Of a stretch of 26,556 bases of DNA, positions 1 to 9,189 are shown piece by piece. Under the pieces are notes generated by a model. The model was given only the letters and a program-made list of their open reading frames with translations, made no database searches and was not told the DNA's origin. Numbering within the stretch: the stretch's first letter is position 1; every line of letters starts with the position of its first letter. Origin of the DNA: a virus (lineage: Duplodnaviria > Caudoviricetes); IMG/VR virus record IMGVR_UViG_3300043447_000329, positions 1-26,556 of that record; one strand, 5' to 3'. The position numbers and the translations under genes are program-made.

Positions 1-1
1 T

Positions 2-817
2 GTATTTCATACCTTGACGTGGTCCTTCACCTCTTACATCGTTTGCTTGAGTTCTTGCAGCTTCGGTAGCTTCAATTTCTTTAGAATCATCTTCTTCAGA
101 AACTTCTTCTTCCTCTTCTTCTTCCTCCTCGTCCAATTCAATTTCGTAAATTGTTTCTTCTTCCTCAACTTCAGAATCATCATCACCGGCCATATCATCA
201 GATACAGGAGGGAAATCAGTAGTGTCTTCTTCAGAATCTAAACCATCAAAAGGTGAACCCATTGTGTCTTCAGTTTCTAATGAATCGTCACCATCTAATT
301 TGATAATGTATTCATCATCACCAGTATTAAATTCGATATTTTCACCGTCTTTCTTAACTACGATACCATCTTCTGGTTTCATTGCTTTGAAAACTTTTAA
401 CACTTCATCATCTGAAGCGGATGTCATATCCAATACGTCATCGTCAGATTCAACGTCATCAGCATCGAAACTTGGTAATTCTAATGAATCTCCATTGTCT
501 TCAGCATCTCCGTCTAATCCTTCAATGTCTTTACTTGGTTCGTTATCGAGGTCTGTATCATTTTCAGTGTCGTCAGCCGCAGCTTCGTCATCTGACATAT
601 CGTCTTCCTCTTCTTCAGGTGTTGGTTGTTCGTCGATTGGAGTTTCTTCCTCTTCATCTTTCGCAACTTCTTCCTCTTCTTCCAATGATTCTTTAAGCAA
701 ATCTTTAAGTTCTTCCTTCATAGTTGAAGCAAGTATACCTTTTGCATTTTGCTTTACTGCTTCTTCAAGATTCTGTACTTGAAGTAACGCTTGTTCTAAA
801 ATAGATTTTTCAGTCAT
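2..817 (-). CDS. Putative prohead scaffold/core protein (partial, runs off the left edge)
   Basis: Not in the ORF track. ATG at 817 opens MTEKSILEQALLQVQNLEEAVKQNAKGILASTMKEELKDLLKESLEEEEE..., very D/E-rich and open to the edge. It follows the prohead protease, matching T4 gp21-gp22-gp23 order, and is preceded by TATTTATA. Confidence 0.75.
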   Translation of the reverse strand, partial: MTEKSILEQALLQVQNLEEAVKQNAKGILASTMKEELKDLLKESLEEEEEVAKDEEEETPIDEQPTPEEEEDDMSDDEAAADDTENDTDLDNEPSKDIEGLDGDAEDNGDSLELPSFDADDVESDDDVLDMTSASDDEVLKVFKAMKPEDGIVVKKDGENIEFNTGDDEYIIKLDGDDSLETEDTMGSPFDGLDSEEDTTDFPPVSDDMAGDDDSEVEEEETIYEIELDEEEEEEEEEVSEEDDSKEIEATEAARTQANDVRGEGPRQGMKY

Positions 818-843
818 TGTGAAAATTTGTTGTTTTATTACCT

Positions 844-851
844 TATAAATA
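844..851 (-). promoter_or_regulatory. TATTTATA motif (putative phage late promoter)
   Basis: Plus-strand TATAAATA, 26 nt upstream of ATG 817. The same octamer recurs before several minus-strand genes. Confidence 0.6.
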
Positions 852-905
852 GTGTGAAATATCGAAAAATTCTCATTTTCAATATAATCACCCCTATAAA
901 ATTTA

Positions 906-1589
906 TTATTTGGATAAAAAAGTATCTAGATTACCCATTAATTTTTTCATTCTATCCTCCATTGCTGGCTTCTTAATTTCAGATTCTTGATATTGTTCTC
1001 TATCGGATGGGTCACTAAAAATGTAGGCTCCTGGTGTGGATGGTGATGATACTAAATCAAAACAAACCAACTCAAAGTCCTCCTGAACGATGTTTTGACC
1101 TTTTACGTTCTTCAATGAACCAACACCGCGTGATGATATGCCTAAAGTTGCACCGTTCATAATTAACATTGCCGCTTGATCACCTTTTGTTGAAACTATA
1201 CCCATCTTTTTCCAACCTGGAGATGTGAATAATTTTATTTTACCCATAAGAATTTTACCATCCCACCAAGTTTCAAGAATTGAATGTGAGACCCTATCTA
1301 AATCGATAAGTGAAGATGAAGGGTGATTTAATTCGTTTAACGCACTACCCTTCTTAATAAGTGTTTGATATTTGTCGTTTTCTCTCTTTAATAAGACTTC
1401 AGGATATATTCTTCCATTCTTATTTGGAGTATCGTATTTTTGTAAAACGGCATAAAGAATAAGGTCTTGTGAAAAGTCCATATTCTTCATTTCCGATATG
1501 ATTTGTTTGTTGTCGTCTGGAGATACGTGTCCTGCGTCGTATTCAATTAAAATTCCGTGTCCAGTTTCCTTTGGTCCTAATATCTTCAT
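906..1589 (-). CDS. Prohead core protease (T4 gp21-like)
   Basis: Motifs NKNGRIYP, ELNHP (catalytic His), GISSRGVGS (catalytic Ser) and FDLVSSPSTPGA, in a head-module context. Confidence 0.93.
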   Translation of the reverse strand: MKILGPKETGHGILIEYDAGHVSPDDNKQIISEMKNMDFSQDLILYAVLQKYDTPNKNGRIYPEVLLKRENDKYQTLIKKGSALNELNHPSSSLIDLDRVSHSILETWWDGKILMGKIKLFTSPGWKKMGIVSTKGDQAAMLIMNGATLGISSRGVGSLKNVKGQNIVQEDFELVCFDLVSSPSTPGAYIFSDPSDREQYQESEIKKPAMEDRMKKLMGNLDTFLSK

Positions 1590-1605
1590 TTATAGATTTT
1601 ATTAC

Positions 1606-1613
1606 TATAAATA
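1606..1613 (-). promoter_or_regulatory. TATTTATA motif (putative late promoter)
   Basis: 16 nt upstream of the protease ATG. Confidence 0.6.
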
Positions 1614-1627
1614 CATCAATATCTAAG

Positions 1628-2053
1628 TTATTTTTTTGATTTGTAAAAATTGAATAACTTTTTATTAGAAAGACCCTCGTCAATCACGTTTAATAAGATA
1701 TCTTTTATGTTATTTTTGGTTTCTTTTGATTTAACGTCGAATTGTTTATCAACGTATAAAGTCACCTCTAAATTCATAAAAGACCTTTTTTCTAATTTAA
1801 TTCCTTTAGTCCTTACATCTAAATCAACAATTGATTGTTGTTTAAAGTTGGGATTTTTAAGGTTATAAATGATTTCTTTTACTTTTCTTCTTGTTTTATT
1901 AATCGTTAAATCAAAATCATCCGTCTCATTATCCGCCTGAATCCACGAATTTAATTTAAGATATATGGTTTTTAAATTTTTAAAATCCACGGTACCATAA
2001 CCGATTTTTACGTTTTGGTATGTCCCTAATGGGATATACTTACCTGTCTTCAT
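1628..2053 (-). CDS. Hypothetical protein (141 aa, basic)
   Basis: Clean ORF that fills the gap. No recognisable motif. Confidence 0.75.
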   Translation of the reverse strand: MKTGKYIPLGTYQNVKIGYGTVDFKNLKTIYLKLNSWIQADNETDDFDLTINKTRRKVKEIIYNLKNPNFKQQSIVDLDVRTKGIKLEKRSFMNLEVTLYVDKQFDVKSKETKNNIKDILLNVIDEGLSNKKLFNFYKSKK

Positions 2054-2130
2054 TAATTTTTCATATTATTTCATTTTATGGTGTAATTAAAAAATAAGAA
2101 AAAAAACTTACAATACCAAAAATATTTTTA

Positions 2131-2151
2131 TATATTTGTAATATACTTATA
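2131..2151 (+). promoter_or_regulatory. Candidate bS21 promoter elements: TATATTTG (host -7 type) and TACTTATA (late-motif variant)
   Basis: TAnnTTTG at 2131-2138. TACTTATA at 2144-2151, 4 nt before ATG 2156. Confidence 0.4.
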
Positions 2152-2155
2152 TATT

Positions 2156-2347
2156 ATGATTATAATTGACCTATCCAAAGAAAAAAGCATAGAAAGTGCA
2201 TTAAGAACTTATAAACAAAAAGTTCAAAAGACCAAACAAATTCAAAAATTGAGGGAAAGACAAGAGTTTACAAAACCTTCGGTTATTAAGAGAGAAGAAA
2301 GGTTAAAAGCTATCTATGTACAACAAATAAAAAATGGTCTTAATTAA
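2156..2347 (+). CDS. rpsU: Ribosomal protein bS21 (phage-encoded)
   Basis: SIESALRTYKQKV...LRERQEFTKPSVIKREERLKAIY matches the bS21 pattern (ALRxxKxK...FxKPS) in a Bacteroidota-like form. 63 aa, basic. Confidence 0.9.
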   Translation: MIIIDLSKEKSIESALRTYKQKVQKTKQIQKLRERQEFTKPSVIKREERLKAIYVQQIKNGLN

Positions 2348-2359
2348 GACCATTTTTTA
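2328..2359. terminator. 32-bp perfect palindrome, probable bidirectional terminator overlapping two stop codons
   Basis: TAAAAAATGGTCTTAATTAAGACCATTTTTTA, with a U-tract on both strands, at the junction of convergent genes. Confidence 0.7.
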
Positions 2360-3080
2360 ATTCTGTTAATCTGTAATAATTATATCTCGAGGTTTTCATT
2401 TCTTCGACCTCATCTTTTACTTTATTTAATTTACTTGACATTTCATTATCGGCTACAGCCTCATTTAAAAGTGAATTAACTTTTTCAGTTATTGATTCTT
2501 TTAATTCAATTGTTTTAGATTCTAATTCTTCTGTCGGTATAGATAAAATATTCTTTAATTCTTCTTGTTGTGATTCTGATAATGTATTTGAATATAATAC
2601 GTTAAAGTTATTTGCTAAAACTGCGTGCAGTAAATTTTCATTCTGTGAGTAAACTGTTTGTTTTGATTCAGTCACTTCTTTTTTAGTTGTTAAATGATTA
2701 ACTAATTTCTTTTTTGCAATTACTTTATTTTCAATATTAGATAATGAATCTTTCACGGTTAATTGGTCTAACGATTCGTACAACTCATTTTTAGATACTT
2801 CAACATCACCTAATTTTTCATTAAGTGTTTGACAGAAATTGGATAAATTTTCCGAATTTTGACCTAACATTGAACTAATACCTTCAACATATAACTTTGC
2901 AGTCTCTTTATCTTCGATATATTTGTTTTCAATCTCTTCATAGAACAAATACATTTCTTTAAAGTCTTTGTTTTCTTTAATTGTCTTTAATATATCTTTA
3001 ACTTCAGTCTTATTTTCTTTAGTATAAGATTCAGTTAATTTTGTTAACATTTTGGATTTTAATTCACCGAATTTGTTCAT
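2340..3080 (-). CDS. Hypothetical helical/coiled-coil protein, probable head-assembly component
   Basis: 246 aa, E/K/L-rich. Starts 2 nt after the portal stop and has many L/I/V-x-E motifs. Confidence 0.7.
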   Translation of the reverse strand: MNKFGELKSKMLTKLTESYTKENKTEVKDILKTIKENKDFKEMYLFYEEIENKYIEDKETAKLYVEGISSMLGQNSENLSNFCQTLNEKLGDVEVSKNELYESLDQLTVKDSLSNIENKVIAKKKLVNHLTTKKEVTESKQTVYSQNENLLHAVLANNFNVLYSNTLSESQQEELKNILSIPTEELESKTIELKESITEKVNSLLNEAVADNEMSSKLNKVKDEVEEMKTSRYNYYRLTELKNGLN

Positions 3081-3082
3081 TT

Positions 3083-4900
3083 TTAGTCGTTTAATATGTC
3101 TTTTATTTTTGTTTCTATTTCATAAATATTCTTCTGTGCTCTTTCCATATCAAATAAGATATTGAAATCTTCACTTTCCTCCCCCAACATACCTAATATT
3201 TTAGATTTCTTAGATTCACTTAAAGGTTCTTCCCCTCCTCCTCCGCCAGATGGTGGCGGTGGTGGCGCTCCACCCATATCCATTCCTCCACCTTCAGCAC
3301 CTTCACCCGATGCTGCGTCCATAGCCTTTTCTCTCTCTTCTTCAGGAATACCATACTTCTTATCGACCTCATCAAATACACCGGAACGTTTGATGACCAT
3401 TTGTGAATTTGTTAATTCAAATCCCATCGCTCTTTCTAAACGTTGTTGTTGTAAATCAAGTAATACTTCACTATCACTCATACCCAAGATATTCTTTTTA
3501 GCCCAAGTATGTGAAACCGGTAAAATACCAACTTGTGATTGGTCAGATGTTGCATCTTTATATAGAGTAATTTTTTCTTTCCATTGTTCAATACGTAATA
3601 AATCAGATTGTGCGGATGGGTTAGTTAGTGATAACGTAAAGTTATTTAACTCATCTTCCATACCCAACAAATATAATTGGATAAGTGCAATCTTATTTAA
3701 TTCTTGAATTAATGATTTTTGAATTCTATTAATTGTACGTGCAAAACGAATATCCATTAAGGCTAAACTCTTACCTTCACCTACCACCTCTTCAAATCCT
3801 AAGAACGCTTTTGGAATACGTAATGCCGCAAGTAATTTCTTTTGAATGTATTCAATATCTGCAATTTCACCTAAGTTTTGTGCACCTGGTAAAGTTTCAA
3901 TTGGATTAGTTTGTGATGGGTCACGAACAGGTATGAAATAATCTTGGTCAACCGCCATCTGATTATATCTCATATCTACTTGACCATTACGTGGGTCTGA
4001 TATTTGATCCCTTTTGAATTTGTTGGCAACACGTTGTACATATGGTTCGATATCTTTATCATCCATATTACCAACGAATACTTTGAATACACGTCTTTCA
4101 GGTGCTCTTGATGTTCTGTAAATTAACATAGCATCTTCAGCAAGTAAAAGTTGTTTCCAAATTCTTCTAATTTTATCTAACATAGAAGTACCGTATGGTA
4201 ATTTTCTATCATCACCTAACAATCTAAAGTGAGCAATTTCCCAAGCTTGGAATTCCATATCTTTGTTTTTCCAAGTGAATCTTAATTCTCTTGATGGGAC
4301 TTTTAAATCTCTATTTTGACCTCCACCTGTTTTAGTTGTTGCACCTTCTAATCTTTCGATTTCAATGTTAGGTAATTGTTGTACTCCAATAATACCTTTT
4401 TCAGGGTCAATCTTTAAATAAACAAAATCATCACCGTACTTACACATACCACGAGCCCACATTTGTAAGTTCGTATTAACATCTAATTGGTTATTAAATA
4501 AGTCTTCTAAAATTGTTTTAATTCTATCTGATTCAGAATATATTGTTAATATTTCTCCTTTCTCAGACATTGTTGTTGATTCTTCAGCATATATGTCTAA
4601 TGCTGCGGAAATTTCAGGAGTAAATTCCATTGATTCAAAATCATAATAGGCCGCTAATCTATTTGGTTCATAATAAACCGATTGATTGTATAATGATTGA
4701 TCAAGTTTTGTCCATTTATCGGCAATGTATTGACTCTGTTGAGCTTGCAACATTGCTTTTTCATATTCTTCTCTACTATCTGTTTTTAATAATTCATCCT
4801 TATTGAAATTGAAAGAAGGTGTGTTATCCTGTTTTACACGATTAGGATAACCAAACATTCTGGTCATTTTCTGGAATACTGTTAAATTTTGATTTGCCAT
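3083..4900 (-). CDS. Portal protein (T4 gp20-like)
   Basis: EDAMLIYRTSRAPERRVFKVFVGNM, DYFIP, IETLPGAQNLGEIADIEYIQKKLLAALRIPK. Adjacent to the terminase. Confidence 0.95.
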   Translation of the reverse strand: MANQNLTVFQKMTRMFGYPNRVKQDNTPSFNFNKDELLKTDSREEYEKAMLQAQQSQYIADKWTKLDQSLYNQSVYYEPNRLAAYYDFESMEFTPEISAALDIYAEESTTMSEKGEILTIYSESDRIKTILEDLFNNQLDVNTNLQMWARGMCKYGDDFVYLKIDPEKGIIGVQQLPNIEIERLEGATTKTGGGQNRDLKVPSRELRFTWKNKDMEFQAWEIAHFRLLGDDRKLPYGTSMLDKIRRIWKQLLLAEDAMLIYRTSRAPERRVFKVFVGNMDDKDIEPYVQRVANKFKRDQISDPRNGQVDMRYNQMAVDQDYFIPVRDPSQTNPIETLPGAQNLGEIADIEYIQKKLLAALRIPKAFLGFEEVVGEGKSLALMDIRFARTINRIQKSLIQELNKIALIQLYLLGMEDELNNFTLSLTNPSAQSDLLRIEQWKEKITLYKDATSDQSQVGILPVSHTWAKKNILGMSDSEVLLDLQQQRLERAMGFELTNSQMVIKRSGVFDEVDKKYGIPEEEREKAMDAASGEGAEGGGMDMGGAPPPPPSGGGGGEEPLSESKKSKILGMLGEESEDFNILFDMERAQKNIYEIETKIKDILND

Positions 4901-4904
4901 TGTA

Positions 4905-4912
4905 TATAAATA
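4905..4912 (-). promoter_or_regulatory. TATTTATA motif (putative late promoter)
   Basis: 4 nt upstream of the portal ATG. Confidence 0.6.
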
Positions 4913-4954
4913 CTTTTCTTTACAATATAAACTAAATAATTGATAATTGGAAGA

Positions 4955-6730
4955 TTACCTAGGCCTACCAAATAACCACATATTCTCTCTATAAACATCT
5001 TTTGATACATTCATCGAATTATTTTGATGATAAATGTGTTGATTATCCATACCCATAGACCCAATTTGGTCAAATGCGGTACCATAAGAATAGAATGATT
5101 TATTGGGTTCGTATGTTCTTTCTGTCATTGTCCAAGACTCTAACATCGCCTTATTTGCGTTCTCATTCTTTTGTAATTGATTGAATGACATATCGGCAAC
5201 ATAAAGTGCCATTGACATACTCATAATGGCATCGTCGTGTGCACCTTTCATATGGTCAGGTCTACCGTTGATGTAAACAAATGTATTTAATTCATTTAAT
5301 AGTCTATTTGACCTTACCTGAAAACCCTTTCTCAATTGCTCCTCGAATGCTGCAACAATTTGAGTTCTTTTATTATTAAAATTCAGACCTGGTATTTTTT
5401 CCATTGCCTTTGAATTATACTCCCATATATTTTTAGTATTAATACCATCAATATATAAATTTTTATAATTCATTTCTTGTAATTTTCTCGATGTTGCAAC
5501 ACCCATACCTCCCGTTATATCGATAACAATAAATGCTTCATATAATATTCCCCATTTATAACATATCGACGCCAAATCATCTGGTGGTATCTTACCCACA
5601 TATTCCGCAACTTGTTCACGTTCGTCAAAATCTATAATGTTAATGGATGAAAAGTCTTCACTATCACCCCTACTAACGTCAACACCCATAATGTAACGAT
5701 GACCTTGTATTGGTTCTTTCCATTGCCAAAACGTACCTTGCATATATTTTTCTTTAGGTACACGAATCATATTTTTTGCTATGTTTTCTTGAACTTCACC
5801 CGGTATAACACCATCACCTGATCCTAAGAAGTCACATTCTAATTCCTGAGCAATTTTACGTCTATCATATTTAAATTTCTTAGACATAGATTCAAACCAA
5901 GAAGAATACGGTTTATAACCTTGTTCCTCAAGTTCTTGATATTTTTCAATGTCAAAATCGGTTATAACAACTTCATCATCATTATATTGTTCCCTGTTTA
6001 ACATATAATGACAGATATCTGTACATTTAACCCAACGTAAATCTTTAGTATAACGAGGGTCTTTAAACCATCTTAAATCTGTAATATGAAAATCATTTAA
6101 TCCACGTACAGCTTGGTCATAAACACCGTAATAAATTGGGTCATAACCATTAGGAGTGGACACTAATATAATTTTACCTCCCGTAGATAGGGACGCCATA
6201 GATGCGGCCCAAAAATCTTCACCGGCCTCAATATATGCGGCCTCGTCAAATACAAGAATTGTTGGTGTGTAACCACGTAACGCATCGGGTGATGTTGCGA
6301 CCGCCTTTACTTCACAACCATTGTTTAATCTAAATCTACTTTCAGAGTTTTTATCTGGTGAAAATCCAACATTTAACCATTCAGGCCATTGTTCCAAAAA
6401 GTGACGAACTTTATTCGCCATTTCCACCGCAGTATCTTTCTTATTGGCAATTAACAAAACTCTTTCAGGTTCATCAGGTTTTGCTGTCTGTAACTTTTTT
6501 GAAATCCAAGCTGCAGTTACCGTAGTAACACCCGCCTGTCTATATTTTCTTGTGATATTTTCGTTATAGACCTCATAGTCCTTTATTAGTTGGACTTGGT
6601 CAGGGAATAGTTCTAACGGTACATATTTTTTTTGTGTATTGTCGTATGTTGTTAGATATGTTCTTAACGCATATGGTGCATCCTTAATAATTTTAGCATA
6701 CTCCATTAATTGTTCTGCTCTCGTATTCAT
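4955..6730 (-). CDS. terL: Terminase large subunit (T4 gp17-like)
   Basis: Walker A-like KYRQAGVTT, Walker B ILVFDEAAY, coupling motif VSTPNG, and RNase H-like nuclease motifs GVDVSRG..D and HDD. Confidence 0.95.
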   Translation of the reverse strand: MNTRAEQLMEYAKIIKDAPYALRTYLTTYDNTQKKYVPLELFPDQVQLIKDYEVYNENITRKYRQAGVTTVTAAWISKKLQTAKPDEPERVLLIANKKDTAVEMANKVRHFLEQWPEWLNVGFSPDKNSESRFRLNNGCEVKAVATSPDALRGYTPTILVFDEAAYIEAGEDFWAASMASLSTGGKIILVSTPNGYDPIYYGVYDQAVRGLNDFHITDLRWFKDPRYTKDLRWVKCTDICHYMLNREQYNDDEVVITDFDIEKYQELEEQGYKPYSSWFESMSKKFKYDRRKIAQELECDFLGSGDGVIPGEVQENIAKNMIRVPKEKYMQGTFWQWKEPIQGHRYIMGVDVSRGDSEDFSSINIIDFDEREQVAEYVGKIPPDDLASICYKWGILYEAFIVIDITGGMGVATSRKLQEMNYKNLYIDGINTKNIWEYNSKAMEKIPGLNFNNKRTQIVAAFEEQLRKGFQVRSNRLLNELNTFVYINGRPDHMKGAHDDAIMSMSMALYVADMSFNQLQKNENANKAMLESWTMTERTYEPNKSFYSYGTAFDQIGSMGMDNQHIYHQNNSMNVSKDVYRENMWLFGRPR

Positions 6731-6733
6731 ATA

Positions 6734-6741
6734 TATAAATA
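6734..6741 (-). promoter_or_regulatory. TATTTATA motif (putative late promoter)
   Basis: 3 nt upstream of the terL ATG, directly after a terminator. Confidence 0.6.
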
Positions 6742-6742
6742 C

Positions 6743-6767
6743 AAAAAAAGGGAGTTAAACTCCCTTT
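6743..6767 (-). terminator. Intrinsic terminator
   Basis: AAAGGGAGT-taa-ACTCCCTTT hairpin with A7 on plus (U-tract on minus), just after the stop at 6771. Confidence 0.8.
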
Positions 6768-6770
6768 ATA

Positions 6771-8102
6771 TTAATCTTTTGATGTTGTGATACCTAATGA
6801 ACCAAGGAAATCATCTAAATCATCTCCTCCACCGTCATTATCATCGTCATCATAATTATCCATTTCTCTATTGTATTCATCCTCTTCCCAATCCTCATTC
6901 CTTAAACTTTCTTCAATCTCTTGAACCATTCTTTCTACCACTTGTTTTGCTCTTGGGTCACCCTTAACTACCATATTCATTAATTTAGCAAAATCTTTTG
7001 TTGATAATTTTGAAATTCTTGAGAATAAATAATTTTGGATATGTCTATAATCCTCATCATATAATCTATCAGGATAAGTCGCTAAAAGTTTTTCCCAAAT
7101 GTACGGTCCAAATCTTAAATCCCATATTTCCATAGGTAAAGTGTCGGTAACACCCATTACCATATCCGCTTGTCTTTTTTCGTCAGGTAAACCTTGTGTT
7201 GCAATTATTTCCATTGTACCCTTAATTAATTCGTGTACTAAAACTGGAAAAAATACTCCACGTGCTCTAACTGTTGGTGGTTCTGTCTCAGGATCAACTT
7301 CTTCCTTACCGGCCTTAGTTCCTCCACCGTCACCACCTAACATCATTTCGTCAGGGAAAATCCAATATAACATATCATTAACCGACATCAATATACCGTA
7401 TAATCTAACAATGTTTGGTTTAAGTGCAGTTAATCTTTCAGACACTAATTCAAACATATAATGACCTTTTTTAGAAGAACCTTGAATTAATGCGTTCATT
7501 ACCTTTCTTTTAGCAACTTCATCGTTGAATATTTCAACCGCACTCATAAATTCTTCTACATCGTTTCCAGCTTCTTCAGGGTCAACACCAAACTCTTGTT
7601 CAATTTCTTCTTCAGTTGGGTTTTCAGATTGATTGGCAAAACCTTCGTTACTAATTTCACCAATACCCACTAATTTTGCATCATATTGTACAACACCCTC
7701 AGGTACTGCCAATTCTTTCTTAACAAGTTCAATTGCTAAGTTTTCTAACATTTCCTTATTCTCAGATTCAAACGCTAAAACTTCTTGCATTGCACCCATC
7801 ATAGACATTTGCAATTGTCTAAATGTATTACTATCAGTTACATTACCCTGTTGTCCGGTATATTGTTTTACTTTGTTAACAACATCAATAAAACGTTTTG
7901 ATGCAATTACCTCTTCAAAATTAGAAGGTACACCTTCAGGTTCGTCTTGTGGTATTGAAGGATTATCTTTATAAGGAGTTTCCTTATCCGCTAATTTTCT
8001 TTCCAAGTCAGGATTCATCCTTTCGGGGTTATTACCGTAGTCTACTGGCATCTCATTCAATGTTTCTTGAATTAAAGATAACAATTTTTTCTTAGAAAAC
8101 AT
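6771..8102 (-). CDS. Hypothetical protein (443 aa, acidic tail)
   Basis: Long clean ORF upstream of terL. Contains VLVHELIKG (HE without the second His). No confident family. Confidence 0.8.
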   Translation of the reverse strand: MFSKKKLLSLIQETLNEMPVDYGNNPERMNPDLERKLADKETPYKDNPSIPQDEPEGVPSNFEEVIASKRFIDVVNKVKQYTGQQGNVTDSNTFRQLQMSMMGAMQEVLAFESENKEMLENLAIELVKKELAVPEGVVQYDAKLVGIGEISNEGFANQSENPTEEEIEQEFGVDPEEAGNDVEEFMSAVEIFNDEVAKRKVMNALIQGSSKKGHYMFELVSERLTALKPNIVRLYGILMSVNDMLYWIFPDEMMLGGDGGGTKAGKEEVDPETEPPTVRARGVFFPVLVHELIKGTMEIIATQGLPDEKRQADMVMGVTDTLPMEIWDLRFGPYIWEKLLATYPDRLYDEDYRHIQNYLFSRISKLSTKDFAKLMNMVVKGDPRAKQVVERMVQEIEESLRNEDWEEDEYNREMDNYDDDDNDGGGDDLDDFLGSLGITTSKD

Positions 8103-8104
8103 AA

Positions 8105-8791
8105 TTAGTTTTGGTCTTTAAACTTAAAACCTAAATTTTTAAATTTCATAAACTCAGGCATTTTATTTTTTTCACCTTGTTCACCTAACGCTTTTGGTTT
8201 TGGTGAATGTTTCGGTTCAAAAGGATTTTCTCTTTTTGGTTTGCCTGGTTTGGTTGTTGGTTTCTCTCTAACCGGCGCATCCGTATCTGGTTTAGAAGGG
8301 GATGGTTTATTTTCATTAATTTTTACTTGAATCAATTCCATAATTTCGTTTTTTGATGTAAAACTATGAAATTTTTCATTCTCAACCAATCCTTTAACCC
8401 ATTCCTTTACTTTACTTTCTTTTAATTTTTTAGAGTCCATAAATTCAGGAACATTATTGTGTCCTTTAGTTACTTTTTTACCAAATTCAGGAGACTCTTC
8501 CAAATGAGATTGGTCACATTTACAATCTTTTACAGATTTACCACAATCATCACATTTTTTTGGATGTTTGTTTTCTTTTTCTCTCAATTCAACGTTAAGA
8601 CCTTGATCAGTTAATTTCTTTACATCATTAGGGTTAGATGTTGTTTTTGACATAACCACACTACCTTTTTTCATTTGCTCACTTAACATTCTTTCGGCTA
8701 ATGATAAAAGTTGATTGTCATTTAATCTAACTAATGTTTTCTCAGATAAACCTTCGGCAATTAACTTACCTACTATAACGTCTCTTTTCAT
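8105..8791 (-). CDS. Hypothetical protein (228 aa) with a small Cys cluster and Pro/Lys-rich tail
   Basis: CDDCGKSVKDCKC cluster and PEFM repeated twice. Overlaps the upstream gene by ATGA. Confidence 0.75.
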   Translation of the reverse strand: MKRDVIVGKLIAEGLSEKTLVRLNDNQLLSLAERMLSEQMKKGSVVMSKTTSNPNDVKKLTDQGLNVELREKENKHPKKCDDCGKSVKDCKCDQSHLEESPEFGKKVTKGHNNVPEFMDSKKLKESKVKEWVKGLVENEKFHSFTSKNEIMELIQVKINENKPSPSKPDTDAPVREKPTTKPGKPKRENPFEPKHSPKPKALGEQGEKNKMPEFMKFKNLGFKFKDQN

Positions 8792-9189
8792 ATATTCTTG
8801 AATTTTATTTCTTCATTTAAAAGAATGTAACTTCTTTGTTTTAATTTTTTAGTAACACTTTCAATTGATTCTCCAAATTTGAACGTAAGTCTTTCATTTT
8901 CAGAATCAAAATCAAATTTCTCCCAAGCCATTGCAATTACACCATCTACAGCATCAATAACTCCGAAATAATCGGAGTTTTGAATAAGTTCTAATTGTAA
9001 ATCTGTATTTTTTAAAAGTCCAACCAAATCAACATATTCAATATCCGGTGATTTAGGTTCGGAAGTTAATGAAGCGGGGATTTTAAACCATACGTCCATA
9101 TCAATTTCGGTGCTGGTACTGAATATAAATTCGTACTGTTTTTGACCTTTGTAATCTTCACCGATTTCATTGACATATATCAAATGCAT
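8788..9189 (-). CDS. Hypothetical protein (133 aa)
   Basis: Overlaps both neighbours, suggesting translational coupling. Confidence 0.75.
   Translation of the reverse strand: MHLIYVNEIGEDYKGQKQYEFIFSTSTEIDMDVWFKIPASLTSEPKSPDIEYVDLVGLLKNTDLQLELIQNSDYFGVIDAVDGVIAMAWEKFDFDSENERLTFKFGESIESVTKKLKQRSYILLNEEIKFKNI

Noticed and set aside
14-782. Plus-strand Ser/Phe-rich ORFs (14-241, 222-782, 421-696)
   Set aside because: Antisense shadows of the acidic minus-strand gene 817->2.
6515-6550. TerL Walker A lacking the canonical GKT lysine (KYRQAGVTT)
   Set aside because: KxRQxG(I/V)(S/T) variants are common in large terminases, so this is not evidence of inactivation.
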